Source of the DNA: Budvicia aquatica DSM 5075 = ATCC 35567
GTDB lineage: Bacteria; Pseudomonadota; Gammaproteobacteria; Enterobacterales; Enterobacteriaceae
Reading direction: 5' to 3'
Length of the DNA stretch: 64,000 bases
NCBI RefSeq assembly: GCF_000427805.1
Contig: NZ_ATYS01000017.1
Location: 1 to 64,000, forward strand
Under the pieces are notes generated by a model. It did not search any database. It saw only the letters and a program-made list of their open reading frames with translations, and was not told the DNA's origin. This document shows positions 49,021-60,685 of this stretch, one piece after another; positions within the stretch are counted from its first letter, which is position 1; each line of letters starts with the position of its first letter. The translations under genes and the position numbers were made by a program.

Positions 49021-50166
49021 TTATTTTTTATCAGCCTGAGGCCCGACCCAATAGGTACCTGACGGCTCAATCGCTAAGAAATCTTTATACAATGTATCCA
49101 TTGTTTTTTGGGTATCAATATCTTTGAACTGCTCAGGATAGAACCACTTACCAAACTCCTGAATAGCCAGCACGTTATACGGTGAGTTATAGAAGCTATG
49201 CCAAACAGCATAAGTTCTGCCCTCTTGCACCGCAGGCAATGTGTTAATACCTTTGCGGTTAAGTATGCTATTCAGGCTATTACGAGCAACTTCGTAAGGC
49301 ACATCAGCCCCCAGCTTAATCCCTAAACCAGGTGCGTTAGCCGCACGAGCGCCGGTTGCGATGTATACATCTGGATTAGTCGCGATAATCTTCTCAAGGT
49401 TAACGGTACCTAAAGCACCCGGCAGCAAACCTTTTGCGATATTAATACCACCGGCTAAATCAATAAAATCACCCATATTACCGTTACCGGCCGTACCACA
49501 GCACTCATCAGAAGTTGCCGCTTTCAGCTCGATAAACACTTTAGGTTTTTTATCTTCAGGAATTGTTTTGGTGACATCGGTAATTTTAGCCACATTGTCT
49601 TCGTAGAATTTAATGTAGCGCTCGGCCTCGGCTTCACGATGTAAGGCCTTACCTAAAATACGCATGCTCGGCACAGTATTTTTTAACGGGGAAGTACGGA
49701 AATCGATAAATACCACCGGAACGCCCGCTTTTTCTAGCTGAGTAACCAGTTCACTGCTACGGCCCGGGCCATGACCGGATAAGCCAAAAATAGCAACGTC
49801 GGGATTCAGCGTTAGTACTTTCTCAGCGCTAACGCTTTCAGCCGTGGTGTTACCGATTAATGGAATTTTATCAATTTCTGGAAATTTTTCTTTGTAGCGC
49901 GCGTAGGTATGAGGATCTAGCTTGCGGAAATCCCCCTGCCAGCCAGCAATACGGGATAATGGTTTATCGCCTTCGAGTAAAGCAACGGCGTAAATTAAAC
50001 GCCCTTCACCCAACAAAATACGGTCGACTTTTTTCGGTAGTTCAACCTGACGCCCTGCGATGTCGGTAATTGATTCTGCCCATGCTCCGGCGCTCAATAG
50101 TAATGAACTCCCCATTAGCAGAGAGATACTAAAACCCTTAGCCAATGAACTCTTTAATTGCCCCAT
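49021..50166 (-). CDS. Periplasmic substrate-binding protein of iron-siderophore/heme-type ABC transporter (class III SBP)
   Basis: Sec signal. 381 aa. Operon position upstream of the permease and ATPase. Confidence 0.7.
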   Translation of the reverse strand: MGQLKSSLAKGFSISLLMGSSLLLSAGAWAESITDIAGRQVELPKKVDRILLGEGRLIYAVALLEGDKPLSRIAGWQGDFRKLDPHTYARYKEKFPEIDKIPLIGNTTAESVSAEKVLTLNPDVAIFGLSGHGPGRSSELVTQLEKAGVPVVFIDFRTSPLKNTVPSMRILGKALHREAEAERYIKFYEDNVAKITDVTKTIPEDKKPKVFIELKAATSDECCGTAGNGNMGDFIDLAGGINIAKGLLPGALGTVNLEKIIATNPDVYIATGARAANAPGLGIKLGADVPYEVARNSLNSILNRKGINTLPAVQEGRTYAVWHSFYNSPYNVLAIQEFGKWFYPEQFKDIDTQKTMDTLYKDFLAIEPSGTYWVGPQADKK

Positions 50167-50418
50167 AATGATGCCTTTTCCCTACGGTTTCAAAGAGTGC
50201 AAACAATAATGCAAAAGAGAACGATTATCAATAACAAATGGCGTGAAATGCGCTTAGGAAATGGTTTTAGATCAAAATTGAACGCATTAAAAAATAGGAT
50301 AGCGATACGAAATAGCAAACAGAATGATAAAGCCGCAGTGATCGAGTATTAACACGCCGATCAAATAGCGGCTTTTATGGTAGTAAAATGCATCAGTATC
50401 GGGGAGACAACCGCCACT

Positions 50419-51267
50419 TTATTCAGTAAATAGCTGCCGGTCTGATTGATAGCGTTGAATATATTCATCAGCCAGCCTTTTAGAAGGTGCCATTCTGCCC
50501 GACTTCCTCAAGGTTGGTGAAACTCGATTCATCATTGTTCTGGCCTTATCACCCACCCGATCGTTTCTTTGAGCGGCAACGGTGGCATACCAGGCATAGG
50601 CCTGCTGATAGTCTTTTTTAACCCCCTGCCCCAGAAAATAGGAGCCTGCCAGATTAAATTGGGCAATAACATATCCTTGCTCAGCCGCTTTGGTATACCA
50701 GAAAATGGCCCGACCATAATCCTTATCGACCCCTTCACCGTGAGAGTAGGCTGCACCTAAATTATTTTGAGAGCTTGCTATACCCTGCCCTGCGGCCAGA
50801 TTATCCCAATATACTGACTGCTCCAGATTAATATCGGTTCCCCAGCCTTTGAGATAAAAATTGGCAACCTGACTTTGAGCCTTGGCATTTCCCTGACTGG
50901 CCGATTTGGTATACCAGTTCAACGCTTCATCATATTGAGATGACGCAGTATAAATATCACCAAGCTTAGCCTGAGCATCGGCATCTCCGCTTTCTGCAGA
51001 CAGCCGTAACCAGCGATCGGCTTGCTCGCTATTACCGGAAGCCGAAAACATTGCGCCGAGTTGGCGCTGAGCAGCAATATCACCCTTTTCGCCCTGCTGT
51101 TCCAGCGCAGCCATATATTGCTGCAGCCCGCCCAGCATACTTTTATCGGTTGATTTAATCGTTGGTTTAAAGGTAGGCGATTTAGCTTGTTGCACCGGTA
51201 CACAACCCCCTAAGAGCAGGGTGAAAATACTCAAAGCAACGATATAGTATCTATCCTTGTTACCCAT
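50419..51267 (-). CDS. Sel1-repeat (TPR-like) lipoprotein
   Basis: Lipobox LLGGC. Repeated Sel1 units (AQ..LG..Y..G.GV..D...A..WY.KAA.QG). Confidence 0.75.
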   Translation of the reverse strand: MGNKDRYYIVALSIFTLLLGGCVPVQQAKSPTFKPTIKSTDKSMLGGLQQYMAALEQQGEKGDIAAQRQLGAMFSASGNSEQADRWLRLSAESGDADAQAKLGDIYTASSQYDEALNWYTKSASQGNAKAQSQVANFYLKGWGTDINLEQSVYWDNLAAGQGIASSQNNLGAAYSHGEGVDKDYGRAIFWYTKAAEQGYVIAQFNLAGSYFLGQGVKKDYQQAYAWYATVAAQRNDRVGDKARTMMNRVSPTLRKSGRMAPSKRLADEYIQRYQSDRQLFTE

Positions 51268-51272
51268 AATTG

Positions 51273-51638
51273 CTACTTCCCGTCGGCCTGTTCTAGCAAG
51301 AGTCTAAATAACTGGCGATCTATTTCCTGACAGTCACGAGCAATTCTCGCCTGATATACGCTATCCATTACGTTGCTCATATCACCGTCTAAGGTTTCAC
51401 GCAGGGCTAAATATTGAGTTGCCGACTGCATACTTTTATCCAGTGCCAGCTTATTTTGATTGTATAGGCTTGGATCAACACTTTTTAATGACTCAAGCTT
51501 ATCTAAACATCCCTGAAAACGCTGTTGATAGGATTGCCCGCCACGCTGCTGATAATCCTGTCTCACTAAATTGGCACAACCGCTGGTGGCTATCAGGGCT
51601 ACGCCTAATGCGGTCAATATCAATGTTTTTTTCATCAA
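51273..51638 (-). CDS. Small lipoprotein, DUF1311/LprI-like (lysozyme-inhibitor-like)
   Basis: Lipobox ATSGC. Two conserved Cys and the helical DUF1311 pattern. Confidence 0.55.
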   Translation of the reverse strand: MMKKTLILTALGVALIATSGCANLVRQDYQQRGGQSYQQRFQGCLDKLESLKSVDPSLYNQNKLALDKSMQSATQYLALRETLDGDMSNVMDSVYQARIARDCQEIDRQLFRLLLEQADGK

Positions 51639-51966
51639 TCCCTTACCTTAAGTCACGCCATCGCTGGCTATTAAAGTGATATATAAACGAATAAATCCGT
51701 AGCAATACTAAACCGAATAATGGTATCGGAATGGTAAGATAGTCATCAGATGCGCATTATTAAACGGCGGAGAATACTGTCAGGCTGCTATATTACTCTA
51801 TCCTTAAGCGGATATATCGATACAAAATGACATATAATAAGAAATCAAAATATAGAAAACCAATACTCACAAAATATAAAAATATAACTGAACAAAATAA
51901 TATTTATTCAGATACAAAAAAGGCGACATATTAAATGTCGCCTTTCTATATCAATATAAACTGCTA

Positions 51967-53460
51967 TTAATGTTTAATATTGGTATCCGGAAATTCCATA
52001 TCTTTATAGTGAATAAACTTAGTTTTCTTCACCAATTTATAGCCAAACCAAATGGATAAAAACAGCGGAATACCAATATAGGTTGCAGCAACCCCATACC
52101 AGTCAATATTATCCTGCAGGAAAGCCTGATAGTTCTGACCCAGCGTGATGATCAAGCACAGCACAAAGGCAAAAATCGGCCCTAATGGGAAGAACCCTGA
52201 GCGATAAGGTAAATCACTCAAGTCACGCCCCTGCTTGACGTACCCGCGACGGAATCGGTAATGACTAATGGCAATACCTAACCAGGCAATAAATCCGGTC
52301 ATACCGGAGGTATTGAGTAACCACAAGTACACCTGCTGATTACCAAACATTGACGTCAAGAAGCACAAGCCTGCTACGACGGTAGTCGCAATCAGCGCAT
52401 TACGCGGAACGCCACCTTCAGAAAGCTTAGCGAAAATCTTAGGTGCTTTACCTTCGCTGGCCAATGCATACAGCATACGCGTAGAGGCATACATCCCGGA
52501 GTTACCGGCAGAAAGCACTGACGTTAATATAACGGCATTCATCACCGCAGCGGCAGAGAGTAAGCCGGCATGTTCGAATACTAAGGTAAACGGACTAACG
52601 CTGATATCAGTTTCATCATTACGCAACAGGCTCGGGTCTGTATAAGGAATCAGTACGCTGACGATCAGAATAGCGAAGATATAGAACAACAGAATACGCC
52701 AGAACACCTGACGTACCGCGCGCGGAATATTACGCCCCGGATCCTCAGACTCACCGGCAGCAATTCCAATCAGCTCCGTTCCCTGGAAGGAGAAGCCGAC
52801 TATCATCGCGACCCCGATCATGGCAGAAAATCCGCCGGAGAATGGCGCATCCCCGATAGTCCAGTTATGCCACCCGGAAGACGGACCGCCTTTCAGAATA
52901 CCGAAGATCATCAGAACACCGAGCCCGATAAAGATAATCACGGTAACGACTTTAATTAATGAGAACCAGAACTCTGCTTCACCAAATCCTTTTACTGAGA
53001 TGTAGTTCAGTAAGAACATCAGCCCCAGGAATAAGGCACTCCAAATCCAGCTGGGTAAGCCTAGCGGAGTCTCAGGGAACCAGTATTGCATCACTAGTTG
53101 AGCGGCAACCAGGTCAACCGCAACGGTTACGGCCCAGTTATACCAATAGTTCCAGCCCAAGGCGAAGCCAAATCCGGGCTCAACGTATTTAGCACCGTAA
53201 GTAGAGAAAGAACCTGATACCGGCATATACGCCGCCAGTTCACCTAAACTGGTCATCAAGAAATAAACCATTAAACCAATAAGTGCATATGATAATAATG
53301 CACCACCGGGGCCAGCCTGCGCGATAGTTGCACCGGATGCAACAAACAGGCCGGTACCAATCGATCCGCCAACGGCGATCATGGTTAAGTGCCGGGCTTT
53401 CAGCACGCGGCGTAGCTTAGGGGCGCCACTTGTTGAGGTATTAGATTCTACCTGAGCCAT
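51967..53460 (-). CDS. lysP: Lysine-specific permease (APC family)
   Basis: Near-collinear with E. coli LysP (LKARHLTMIA.GGSIGTGLFVASGATI.QAGPGGALLSY...). Start taken at MAQVE (ATG at 53460). Confidence 0.9.
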   Translation of the reverse strand: MAQVESNTSTSGAPKLRRVLKARHLTMIAVGGSIGTGLFVASGATIAQAGPGGALLSYALIGLMVYFLMTSLGELAAYMPVSGSFSTYGAKYVEPGFGFALGWNYWYNWAVTVAVDLVAAQLVMQYWFPETPLGLPSWIWSALFLGLMFLLNYISVKGFGEAEFWFSLIKVVTVIIFIGLGVLMIFGILKGGPSSGWHNWTIGDAPFSGGFSAMIGVAMIVGFSFQGTELIGIAAGESEDPGRNIPRAVRQVFWRILLFYIFAILIVSVLIPYTDPSLLRNDETDISVSPFTLVFEHAGLLSAAAVMNAVILTSVLSAGNSGMYASTRMLYALASEGKAPKIFAKLSEGGVPRNALIATTVVAGLCFLTSMFGNQQVYLWLLNTSGMTGFIAWLGIAISHYRFRRGYVKQGRDLSDLPYRSGFFPLGPIFAFVLCLIITLGQNYQAFLQDNIDWYGVAATYIGIPLFLSIWFGYKLVKKTKFIHYKDMEFPDTNIKH

Positions 53461-53686
53461 TGGTAACCTATATCGAAAACTAAAAGAGCGCGATTGTAAC
53501 AAATGTGAAGATGCCCGATAACCTCAATCCGCCTGATATTAGATTCGTTCATAACTCGCAAGAAGTTATTAGCTAAACCATATAACGTAATAAATACCGA
53601 CAACTAAATAGCCGCTTTAAAACGTCTATTCAGTCGAGTTCAACATCGTGCAGGTCAGGCAGTTAAAGGCTCAACGACAAATTAAC

Positions 53687-54586
53687 CTACTTACTTTTAA
53701 TTTCATTCAGCAATTCTGTCGGGAAATGACAGTAGGTTAAAAACTGCAATAGTCCGGCGGATAAATGCTTCTGACGATGATATATCAGATACAGAGTACG
53801 TTCTAAATCTGCAAATGGGATCTTCAGCTCAACCAGCGTACCCAACTCCAACTGTTCAGCCACAACCCGACGGGACAAGCAACTGATACCGATACCGTGC
53901 CTGACGGCATGTTTAATCGCCTCGGAATTACCCAACTCCATAATAGGTCGGGCGCCGGGCAGGTGTAACATCAGGCTATGTTCTAATACATCACGGGTTC
54001 CCGAACCGGTTTCACGTAAAATCCACGGGGCCTTCGTCAAGGCTTCAATCGAGACCGGGCCTTTTGCCAGAGGATGGTCCGCTGAGGAAAAAACCACCAG
54101 CTCATCACTGACCCAAGGGCGGGATATCAAGTCAGGGTGATGGCATGGCCCTTCGATCAAGCCAAAATCCACTCTAAAATCCACTACGGACTGAATAATT
54201 TCACGGCTGTTGCCTACGTTGAGCTCAAGCGGCGTATGAGGAAACTCATGGCGATAAGCGGCGATGATTTCAGGCAGCATATAATTACCAATAGTGGTAC
54301 TGGCCGCGACCCGTAAAGCACTATCATTTTGCTGAAACAGTTGTTCAACTTCGGTCGCCTGCTCCAGCAGCGCCAACACCTTTGGATAAAGTAATCGGCC
54401 GTTCTCGTTAACCACCAACCGCTTACCCACCCGGTCGAACAGTAAAACGTTAAGCTGCCCTTCCAAATCTGACAGCGCCGCACTGACCGCCGACTGAGAT
54501 AACGCCAGCACCGATGAAGCCTGAGTAGTGGAACCGCTTTTTAATACCTCAACAAAAATCTCAAGCTGTCGCAATGTTATGTGCAT
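53687..54586 (-). CDS. yeiE: LysR-family transcriptional regulator YeiE
   Basis: [40 protein letters not shown] matches YeiE. Divergent from yeiH as in E. coli. Confidence 0.85.
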   Translation of the reverse strand: MHITLRQLEIFVEVLKSGSTTQASSVLALSQSAVSAALSDLEGQLNVLLFDRVGKRLVVNENGRLLYPKVLALLEQATEVEQLFQQNDSALRVAASTTIGNYMLPEIIAAYRHEFPHTPLELNVGNSREIIQSVVDFRVDFGLIEGPCHHPDLISRPWVSDELVVFSSADHPLAKGPVSIEALTKAPWILRETGSGTRDVLEHSLMLHLPGARPIMELGNSEAIKHAVRHGIGISCLSRRVVAEQLELGTLVELKIPFADLERTLYLIYHRQKHLSAGLLQFLTYCHFPTELLNEIKSK

Positions 54587-54690
54587 GGCATCCCTCCTTA
54601 CCACTTATACCGATAAGTTATAAATATATAATCAATTTCTCTTTTATAGCCAGTTACTTTACTTTATAGCCATATTTTCAACGATGGAGG

Positions 54691-55791
54691 GTGACTTATA
54701 TGCACCAAATCAGTAGCTGGATGGCATTTAAACGGGATCCGTCAGGATTTATCACGCCACTGCTGCCGGGTTTATTGCTGGCCGGAGTGATTACCGCATT
54801 TTCAATGTATGCCGCTACGCTGCCGATCGTGTCACAGTGGGGTCTTAGTGCCCTGACCTTAGCCATTGTGATTGGCATGATTTTAGGTAATGTTGTTTAT
54901 CCTTCTATTGCCTCAAGCTGTGACGGCGGCGTTCATTTAGCCAAACAAAAATTATTACGGCTTGGCATTATCCTGTATGGATTTCGTTTAACCTTTCAAC
55001 AAATTGCTGATGTTGGCCTCAGCGGTATCGTCATTGACGCCCTGACGCTAACATCTACATTCTTTCTGGCCTGTTGGTTAGGTAAATACCTGTTTGGTAT
55101 GGATCGGCAAACAACCCTATTAATTGGCGCAGGCAGTAGTATTTGTGGCGCTGCAGCGGTTATGGCTGCCGATCCGATTGTAAAATCAGAATCAAGCAAA
55201 GTTGCGGTAGCCGTGGCAACGGTTGTGATATTCGGTACCATCGCGATGTTTCTTTATCCATGGATCTATCAGTTGGATCTAAAGCTGAATATTCTTAGCT
55301 TGTCAGATAATGATTTCGGTATTTATATCGGTTCAACGATTCATGAAGTGGCACAGGTTGTTGCCGCAGGTAAGGCTATTTCTGATGATGCCGGTAACAG
55401 CGCCGTTATTACTAAGATGATTCGAGTCATGATGCTGGCGCCGTTTTTACTAATTCTTTCGGCTTATCTGAGCCGTACTGAAGCCCCATCGGCTTCAGAA
55501 AACGCGCAAGCGCAGAAAAACCCGGTGGTTATTCCTTGGTTTGCCGTTTTCTTTATCTTAGTTGCCGGATTTAACTCACTCGACCTGCTGCCTGCGAAAT
55601 TAGTCAGCATCATTATCGATCTGGATACGGTATTACTCTGCATGGCAATGGCGGCTTTAGGGTTAACCACTCACGTCAGCGCCATTAAGCAAGCCGGGGT
55701 TAAACCTATGCTGCTAGCCGCATTACTGTTTATCTGGCTAATTGTCGGCGGTGCAGCTATCAATTTGCTGATATTGAAATGGGGTATCTGA
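54691..55791 (+). CDS. yeiH: UPF0324 inner-membrane protein YeiH
   Basis: Polytopic membrane protein divergent from yeiE. The start may be one of the downstream Met codons. Confidence 0.75.
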   Translation: MTYMHQISSWMAFKRDPSGFITPLLPGLLLAGVITAFSMYAATLPIVSQWGLSALTLAIVIGMILGNVVYPSIASSCDGGVHLAKQKLLRLGIILYGFRLTFQQIADVGLSGIVIDALTLTSTFFLACWLGKYLFGMDRQTTLLIGAGSSICGAAAVMAADPIVKSESSKVAVAVATVVIFGTIAMFLYPWIYQLDLKLNILSLSDNDFGIYIGSTIHEVAQVVAAGKAISDDAGNSAVITKMIRVMMLAPFLLILSAYLSRTEAPSASENAQAQKNPVVIPWFAVFFILVAGFNSLDLLPAKLVSIIIDLDTVLLCMAMAALGLTTHVSAIKQAGVKPMLLAALLFIWLIVGGAAINLLILKWGI

Positions 55792-55943
55792 TTTTATCTG
55801 CCGCCGGAAACAACCAATCTGGCGGCAGATATTTGATCCAAACGGATATAAGTACGCTGAATCTATTAAAGTTACACATTTGTTAATAGCCGTTACGATA
55901 GAAATTATGCGATACTCCTGCTTATCAACAGAGGAGAATTGAG

Positions 55944-56801
55944 ATGAAGTTTATCGGTGCACATGTGAGTGCAGCAGGCGGTCTAGACCAAGCGGTCATC
56001 CGCGCTCACGAACTTGAAGCAACAGCATTTGCCTTGTTTACTAAAAATCAGCGCCAATGGCGGGCCTCACCGTTAACCGATGAGGTTATATCTGACTTTC
56101 GTCAGGCCTGTGAGAAATATAACTACACTCCTCAGCAAATTCTTCCCCATGATAGCTATCTGATTAATCTGGGTCATCCGGTCGAAGATGCATTAAAAAA
56201 ATCTCGGGATGCTTTTATTGATGAACTTGAGCGCTGTAGCCAACTTGGCCTGACGTTGCTTAACTTCCATCCGGGTAGCCATTTACTACAAATAGATGAA
56301 GACCTCTGCCTGGCCCGTATTGCAGAATCGATCAATATCGCGCTAGATAAAACGGAAGGTGTTACCGCCGTTATCGAAAATACCGCCGGACAGGGCAGTA
56401 ATCTGGGCTTTAAGTTTGAGCATCTGGCGGCCATTATTGACGGTGTAGAAGATAAAAGTCGGGTTGGCGTCTGTATTGATACCTGCCATGCATTTGCCGC
56501 CGGTTATGATATTCGTACTGAAGAAACCTGTGAAAAAACCTTCGCCAGCTTCCAGCGGATTGTTGGTTTTAATTATTTACGCGGCATGCACCTCAATGAT
56601 GCAAAAAGCGAGTTCGCTAGCCGGGTTGACCGCCATCATAGCCTGGGTGAAGGTAATATCGGCAAAACGGTATTCAGCTATATTATGCGTGACAGCCGGT
56701 TTGATAATATTCCACTGATTTTGGAAACCGTTAACCCCGACATCTGGAAAGATGAAATTGCGTGGCTAAAAAGTCAGCAAAAACAGTTAGCAACGGCATA
56801 A
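55944..56801 (+). CDS. nfo: Endonuclease IV
   Basis: [14 protein letters not shown]...; 285 aa; Zn-binding His/Asp/Glu pattern of Nfo. Confidence 0.92.
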   Translation: MKFIGAHVSAAGGLDQAVIRAHELEATAFALFTKNQRQWRASPLTDEVISDFRQACEKYNYTPQQILPHDSYLINLGHPVEDALKKSRDAFIDELERCSQLGLTLLNFHPGSHLLQIDEDLCLARIAESINIALDKTEGVTAVIENTAGQGSNLGFKFEHLAAIIDGVEDKSRVGVCIDTCHAFAAGYDIRTEETCEKTFASFQRIVGFNYLRGMHLNDAKSEFASRVDRHHSLGEGNIGKTVFSYIMRDSRFDNIPLILETVNPDIWKDEIAWLKSQQKQLATA

Positions 56802-56821
56802 GATTAGTGTGATGTTAAGAT

Positions 56822-56848
56822 AAAAATCCCGGTGAAAGCCGGGATTTC
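56822..56848. terminator. Bidirectional terminator between nfo and fruK
   Basis: AAATCCCGGtgaaaGCCGGGATTT. Confidence 0.65.
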
Positions 56849-56879
56849 AGACTGATGCTTAACCATCAGATTGGTAGCA

Positions 56880-57818
56880 TCAATTAAATGGTTTTAATTC
56901 AACCCGCGACATCATCGATGCCAGCTGCATACGATCTTTAATGCCTACGTTACTCTGACTGACAGCCAGAACGGCTACCGCCGTCGCTAAACGCAAGGTA
57001 TGCTCGCTGGATTCACGCATCAGCAATCCGTAAATCAGGCCACCTACCATTGAATCTCCGGCGCCCACGGTACTCACTACATCACAACTTGGCGGTTTAG
57101 CTAACCATGCACCGGAGGCATTAACCCACAATGCCCCTTCAACGCCTAATGAAATCACAACGTGGGCAATTCCGTCCTCACGCAGAGCATGGGCGGCTTC
57201 AACAACATCAGCCAAGGTCGGCAAGCGACGCCCCATCCAAATCTCCAGCTCGCGGCGATTAGGTTTGACTAACCAAGGCGACGCTTTTAAGCCCGCGGCA
57301 AAAGCTTCACGGCTGCTGTCAAAAATAATACATGGGCACAGGGATCGTAGCTGGCGCATCCAGTCGCTAAAAGCTTCAGGCGCAACGCCAGAGGGTAAGC
57401 TCCCGCTGACAGCAACCATATCAAACTGCCCCAGCCACGATAAGGAATCGGTGGTGAACCGTTGCCAATCCGCCGGAGTAACTTCAAAGCCTGAAAAGTT
57501 AAAGTCAGTGACTTCATTATCAGACTCGGTTAATTTCACGTTAATGCGAGTGCGCCCGGAAACCACCTGAAAACGGTTGGCGATTCCCAGCTCACTGAAT
57601 AACTGCTGAAAACCATCCTGATTATCTTTACCTAAAAACCCACCTACCGTGACATCAATGCCCAGATCTTTTAATACCTTGGCGACATTGATCCCTTTAC
57701 CGGCCGCATGTAATCCTGCCGTTCTGACCAAATTGACTTCCCCGCGCTCAATCTGAGGGCAGTAGCCAACTAAGTCATAAGCCGGATTCAAGGTTATTGT
57801 TGCAACGCGTCTATTCAT
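56880..57818 (-). CDS. fruK: 1-phosphofructokinase
   Basis: Near-identical to E. coli FruK (RRVATITLNPAYDLVG.CP.IERGEVNLV.T.GLHAAGKGINVAKVLKDLGIDVTVGGFLGKDNQDGFQQLF...). ATG at 57818; the ORF-track start is a TTG one codon upstream. Confidence 0.9.
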   Translation of the reverse strand: MNRRVATITLNPAYDLVGYCPQIERGEVNLVRTAGLHAAGKGINVAKVLKDLGIDVTVGGFLGKDNQDGFQQLFSELGIANRFQVVSGRTRINVKLTESDNEVTDFNFSGFEVTPADWQRFTTDSLSWLGQFDMVAVSGSLPSGVAPEAFSDWMRQLRSLCPCIIFDSSREAFAAGLKASPWLVKPNRRELEIWMGRRLPTLADVVEAAHALREDGIAHVVISLGVEGALWVNASGAWLAKPPSCDVVSTVGAGDSMVGGLIYGLLMRESSEHTLRLATAVAVLAVSQSNVGIKDRMQLASMMSRVELKPFN

Positions 57819-58108
57819 CAATATCTTCTTTTAAACTTATACCGACAGTCAAAACTGTCACTCAATAGCCAAAGAAACGCCTTTGCGTTCCCCTGTTTAC
57901 CTTTGGTGGATCGTTTCAGGTGATTTTAGCCTTATTTTTGTTCAATTGCTCTAGCCGAGCCAATCTTTTAGCTTTCATCACTTGATATGAATCTATTTAT
58001 TATCGGAAATCAGATAAAAAGGTGCCGACGGCGCTGAATGAGGGCACCATCAATAAATGTACTTAAAGCCTATACTCTGCAATCAATAAGAGTCAGTAAT
58101 AGAGATCT

Positions 58109-58363
58109 TCAGGGGGCGGTCAGAAATTCTAACTGACGCAGGTATATGAGCGCTTCATCCCGGTTGTTCAGGCACATATCCGCGCGGGGTTTTAACTGTC
58201 CGCAGACCTTAGGCCTGTCAGGATGTTCAAAAATCTTACACCGAAAAGCATCATCAAGATGAATACAGCGAACATCCGCCGCTTTGCCGTCGGGCATACC
58301 GGGAATAAAGCTGGAAATGGATAATCCGATACAACATGCACCACAACCCGGTCGACATTCCAT
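58109..58363 (-). CDS. yeiW: UPF0153 Cys-cluster protein YeiW
   Basis: [11 protein letters not shown]...PGMPDGK...CIHLD...CKIF matches YeiW. Start taken at the internal Met. Confidence 0.8.
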   Translation of the reverse strand: MECRPGCGACCIGLSISSFIPGMPDGKAADVRCIHLDDAFRCKIFEHPDRPKVCGQLKPRADMCLNNRDEALIYLRQLEFLTAP

Positions 58364-58559
58364 GCAATACATCCGCAGCAGGACATTAAAGTTGCCAGAC
58401 CATATCAGCACGCCAGAATAATAACCAGCTATTTACCGAACGGCTATCACTTCTCCGGACTAACCATATTAATTGATTAATAAAAAGGGGTTTACAAATA
58501 ACAGCATCCACGTATCATTAGACTAGTACAGAAATATAACCTTATCAGGAAAGTCTATA

Positions 58560-59801
58560 ATGTCACAAGATATGCCTTTGCATAAACGCCCTTCCGTATT
58601 TGGCGGCGCGATGATTATCTCTGGCACCGCGGTTGGTGCAGGAATGTTTTCCATCCCAATTGTGACATCCGGCGTGTGGTTCAGTGGCTCAACCCTGATG
58701 CTTATCTATACCTGGTTCTGCATGTTATTTTCAGGCTTAATGTTACTGGAAGCTAACCTAAACTATCCGGCGGGATCCAGCTTTCATACCATGGTTAAAG
58801 GCCTGTTAGGCAGCGTATGGAATAGCATCAACGGGCTGTCTGTTGCCTTCGTTCTTTATATCCTGACCTATGCCTATATCTCCGCCGGTGGCTCAATTAT
58901 TAGCCATACCCTTTCCTCGGTGTTTGCTATTAATCAGACCATGGCCGGGTTGTGTTTTGCTGTTCTGGTGGCATTTATTGTTTGGTTATCAACCAAAGCG
59001 GTCGATCGTATTAATACCATTTTGATCGGCGGTATGGTGATCACCTTTGTCTTTTCCGTCAGTGATATGTTTACCCAGGTCAGTACGGTAGTGCTGTTCA
59101 ATACGGCAGAAAGCGATGCGCAATATTTACCTTATGCTTTAGCAGCACTGCCCTATTTATTGGCTTCATTTGGCTATCACGGAAATATTCCCGGCTTAGT
59201 CAAATACTATGGCAAAGATGCTAAATCCGTAGTGCAGAGCCTGCTCTACGGAACCTTAATCGCGCTGGTCATTTATCTGTTATGGCAGTTTGTTATACAG
59301 GGCAATGTTCCCCGCCCGGCATTCAAACAGGTTATTGAAGAAGGCGGAAACATTGGTAACTTACTGGCTCAGTTAGATAACGGTACCGTCACATCAACCG
59401 TTAAACAGTTACTTAATGCTTTCTCTTATATGGCGCTGGCCAGCTCATTCCTTGGTGTATCTCTTGGGTTACTGGATTACATTGCGGACTTCTTTAAGTT
59501 CGAAGACTCAGCCGCAGGGCGAACTAAATCAGCGCTGGTCACGTTCGTACCGCCAACAATCTGCGCGCTGATATTTCCTAACGGTTTCTTGTACGCCATT
59601 GGATTTGCAGGCTTAGCAGCAACTATTTGGGCCGTTATTGTACCGGCCATGCTGGCCCGGGCCAGTCGGGTACAGTTCCCTCAGGCAAGCTATCGCGCCC
59701 CCGGCGGCAGGCTGATGATTTACTTTGTTATTCTCTTTGGTTTGATTAATATCGTCGCCCACGTTCTTTCAACGTTAAACTTATTGCCGGTGTATCAATA
59801 G
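58560..59801 (+). CDS. Aromatic amino acid:H+ symporter (Mtr/TnaB/TyrP family), Mtr-like
   Basis: GTA.GAGMFS.P, WFCML.SGLM.LEANLNY..GSSF, FGYHGN.P, LLPVYQ are collinear with Mtr/TnaB. Confidence 0.85.
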   Translation: MSQDMPLHKRPSVFGGAMIISGTAVGAGMFSIPIVTSGVWFSGSTLMLIYTWFCMLFSGLMLLEANLNYPAGSSFHTMVKGLLGSVWNSINGLSVAFVLYILTYAYISAGGSIISHTLSSVFAINQTMAGLCFAVLVAFIVWLSTKAVDRINTILIGGMVITFVFSVSDMFTQVSTVVLFNTAESDAQYLPYALAALPYLLASFGYHGNIPGLVKYYGKDAKSVVQSLLYGTLIALVIYLLWQFVIQGNVPRPAFKQVIEEGGNIGNLLAQLDNGTVTSTVKQLLNAFSYMALASSFLGVSLGLLDYIADFFKFEDSAAGRTKSALVTFVPPTICALIFPNGFLYAIGFAGLAATIWAVIVPAMLARASRVQFPQASYRAPGGRLMIYFVILFGLINIVAHVLSTLNLLPVYQ

Positions 59802-60007
59802 CCCACTAAGTTGCCCATACTAAGTTGCCCATATTGGTATCAGGTGAGTTCAATATTTGCCTGATACCACGCATCTCTCCTGAGATTTATGATCTAACGC
59901 CTATCATAAGAATTTTTATCTATTCATAGATGGATTCTTCTTGCCTGTTTTCATACGCGCGAGTAACTTGTCGCCAGATATTTTAAACAGTCAAAACAGG
60001 TCTTTTT

Positions 60008-60580
60008 ATGCCAAGAGCAAATGAAATAAAACGCGGTATGGCGATCAATTACAACGGCAAAATGTTATTAGTCCGTGATATTGAGGTTCAAAGCCCAAGC
60101 GCGCGCGGTGCCAGCACGTTATATAAAATGCGATTCTCTGATGTCCGTACCGGTCTGAAAGTAGAAGAACGTTTTAAAGGTGATGATATTCTCGAGGCTA
60201 TCAGTCTAAATCGTCGTCAGGTCACCTTCTCTTATATTGATGGTGACGAATACATTTTTATGGACGATGAAAACTACACTCCGTACATCTTCAAAAAAGA
60301 ACAAATTGAAGAAGAACTGCTGTTTATCCCTGAAGGCGGTATTCCGGGTATGCAGGTCTTAACCGTTGAAGATCAGGTTCTGGCGTTAGAATTGCCACAA
60401 ACTGTCGATATGGAAATTGTTGAAACCGCTCCCGGCATAAAAGGCGCATCAGCCAGTGCCCGTAATAAACCGGCAACGATGAGTACCGGTCTGGTTATTC
60501 AGGTTCCTGAATATTTAAATCCGGGTGAAAAAATCCGTATTCATGTACCAGAGCGTCGCTATATGAGCCGCGCAGATTAA
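60008..60580 (+). CDS. yeiP: Elongation factor P-like protein YeiP (EfpL)
   Basis: [11 protein letters not shown]...; 190 aa; KOW/OB three-domain EF-P paralogue. Confidence 0.9.
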   Translation: MPRANEIKRGMAINYNGKMLLVRDIEVQSPSARGASTLYKMRFSDVRTGLKVEERFKGDDILEAISLNRRQVTFSYIDGDEYIFMDDENYTPYIFKKEQIEEELLFIPEGGIPGMQVLTVEDQVLALELPQTVDMEIVETAPGIKGASASARNKPATMSTGLVIQVPEYLNPGEKIRIHVPERRYMSRAD

Positions 60581-60685
60581 AGATTTAAACTAACGCCATA
60601 GAGTGACTTACTGATATGGCGTTAGTTTTCCAAGTAATAAAAAATTATTCGCTTAAACCTAGCTGTATTTCATTCAATGTTAGAA

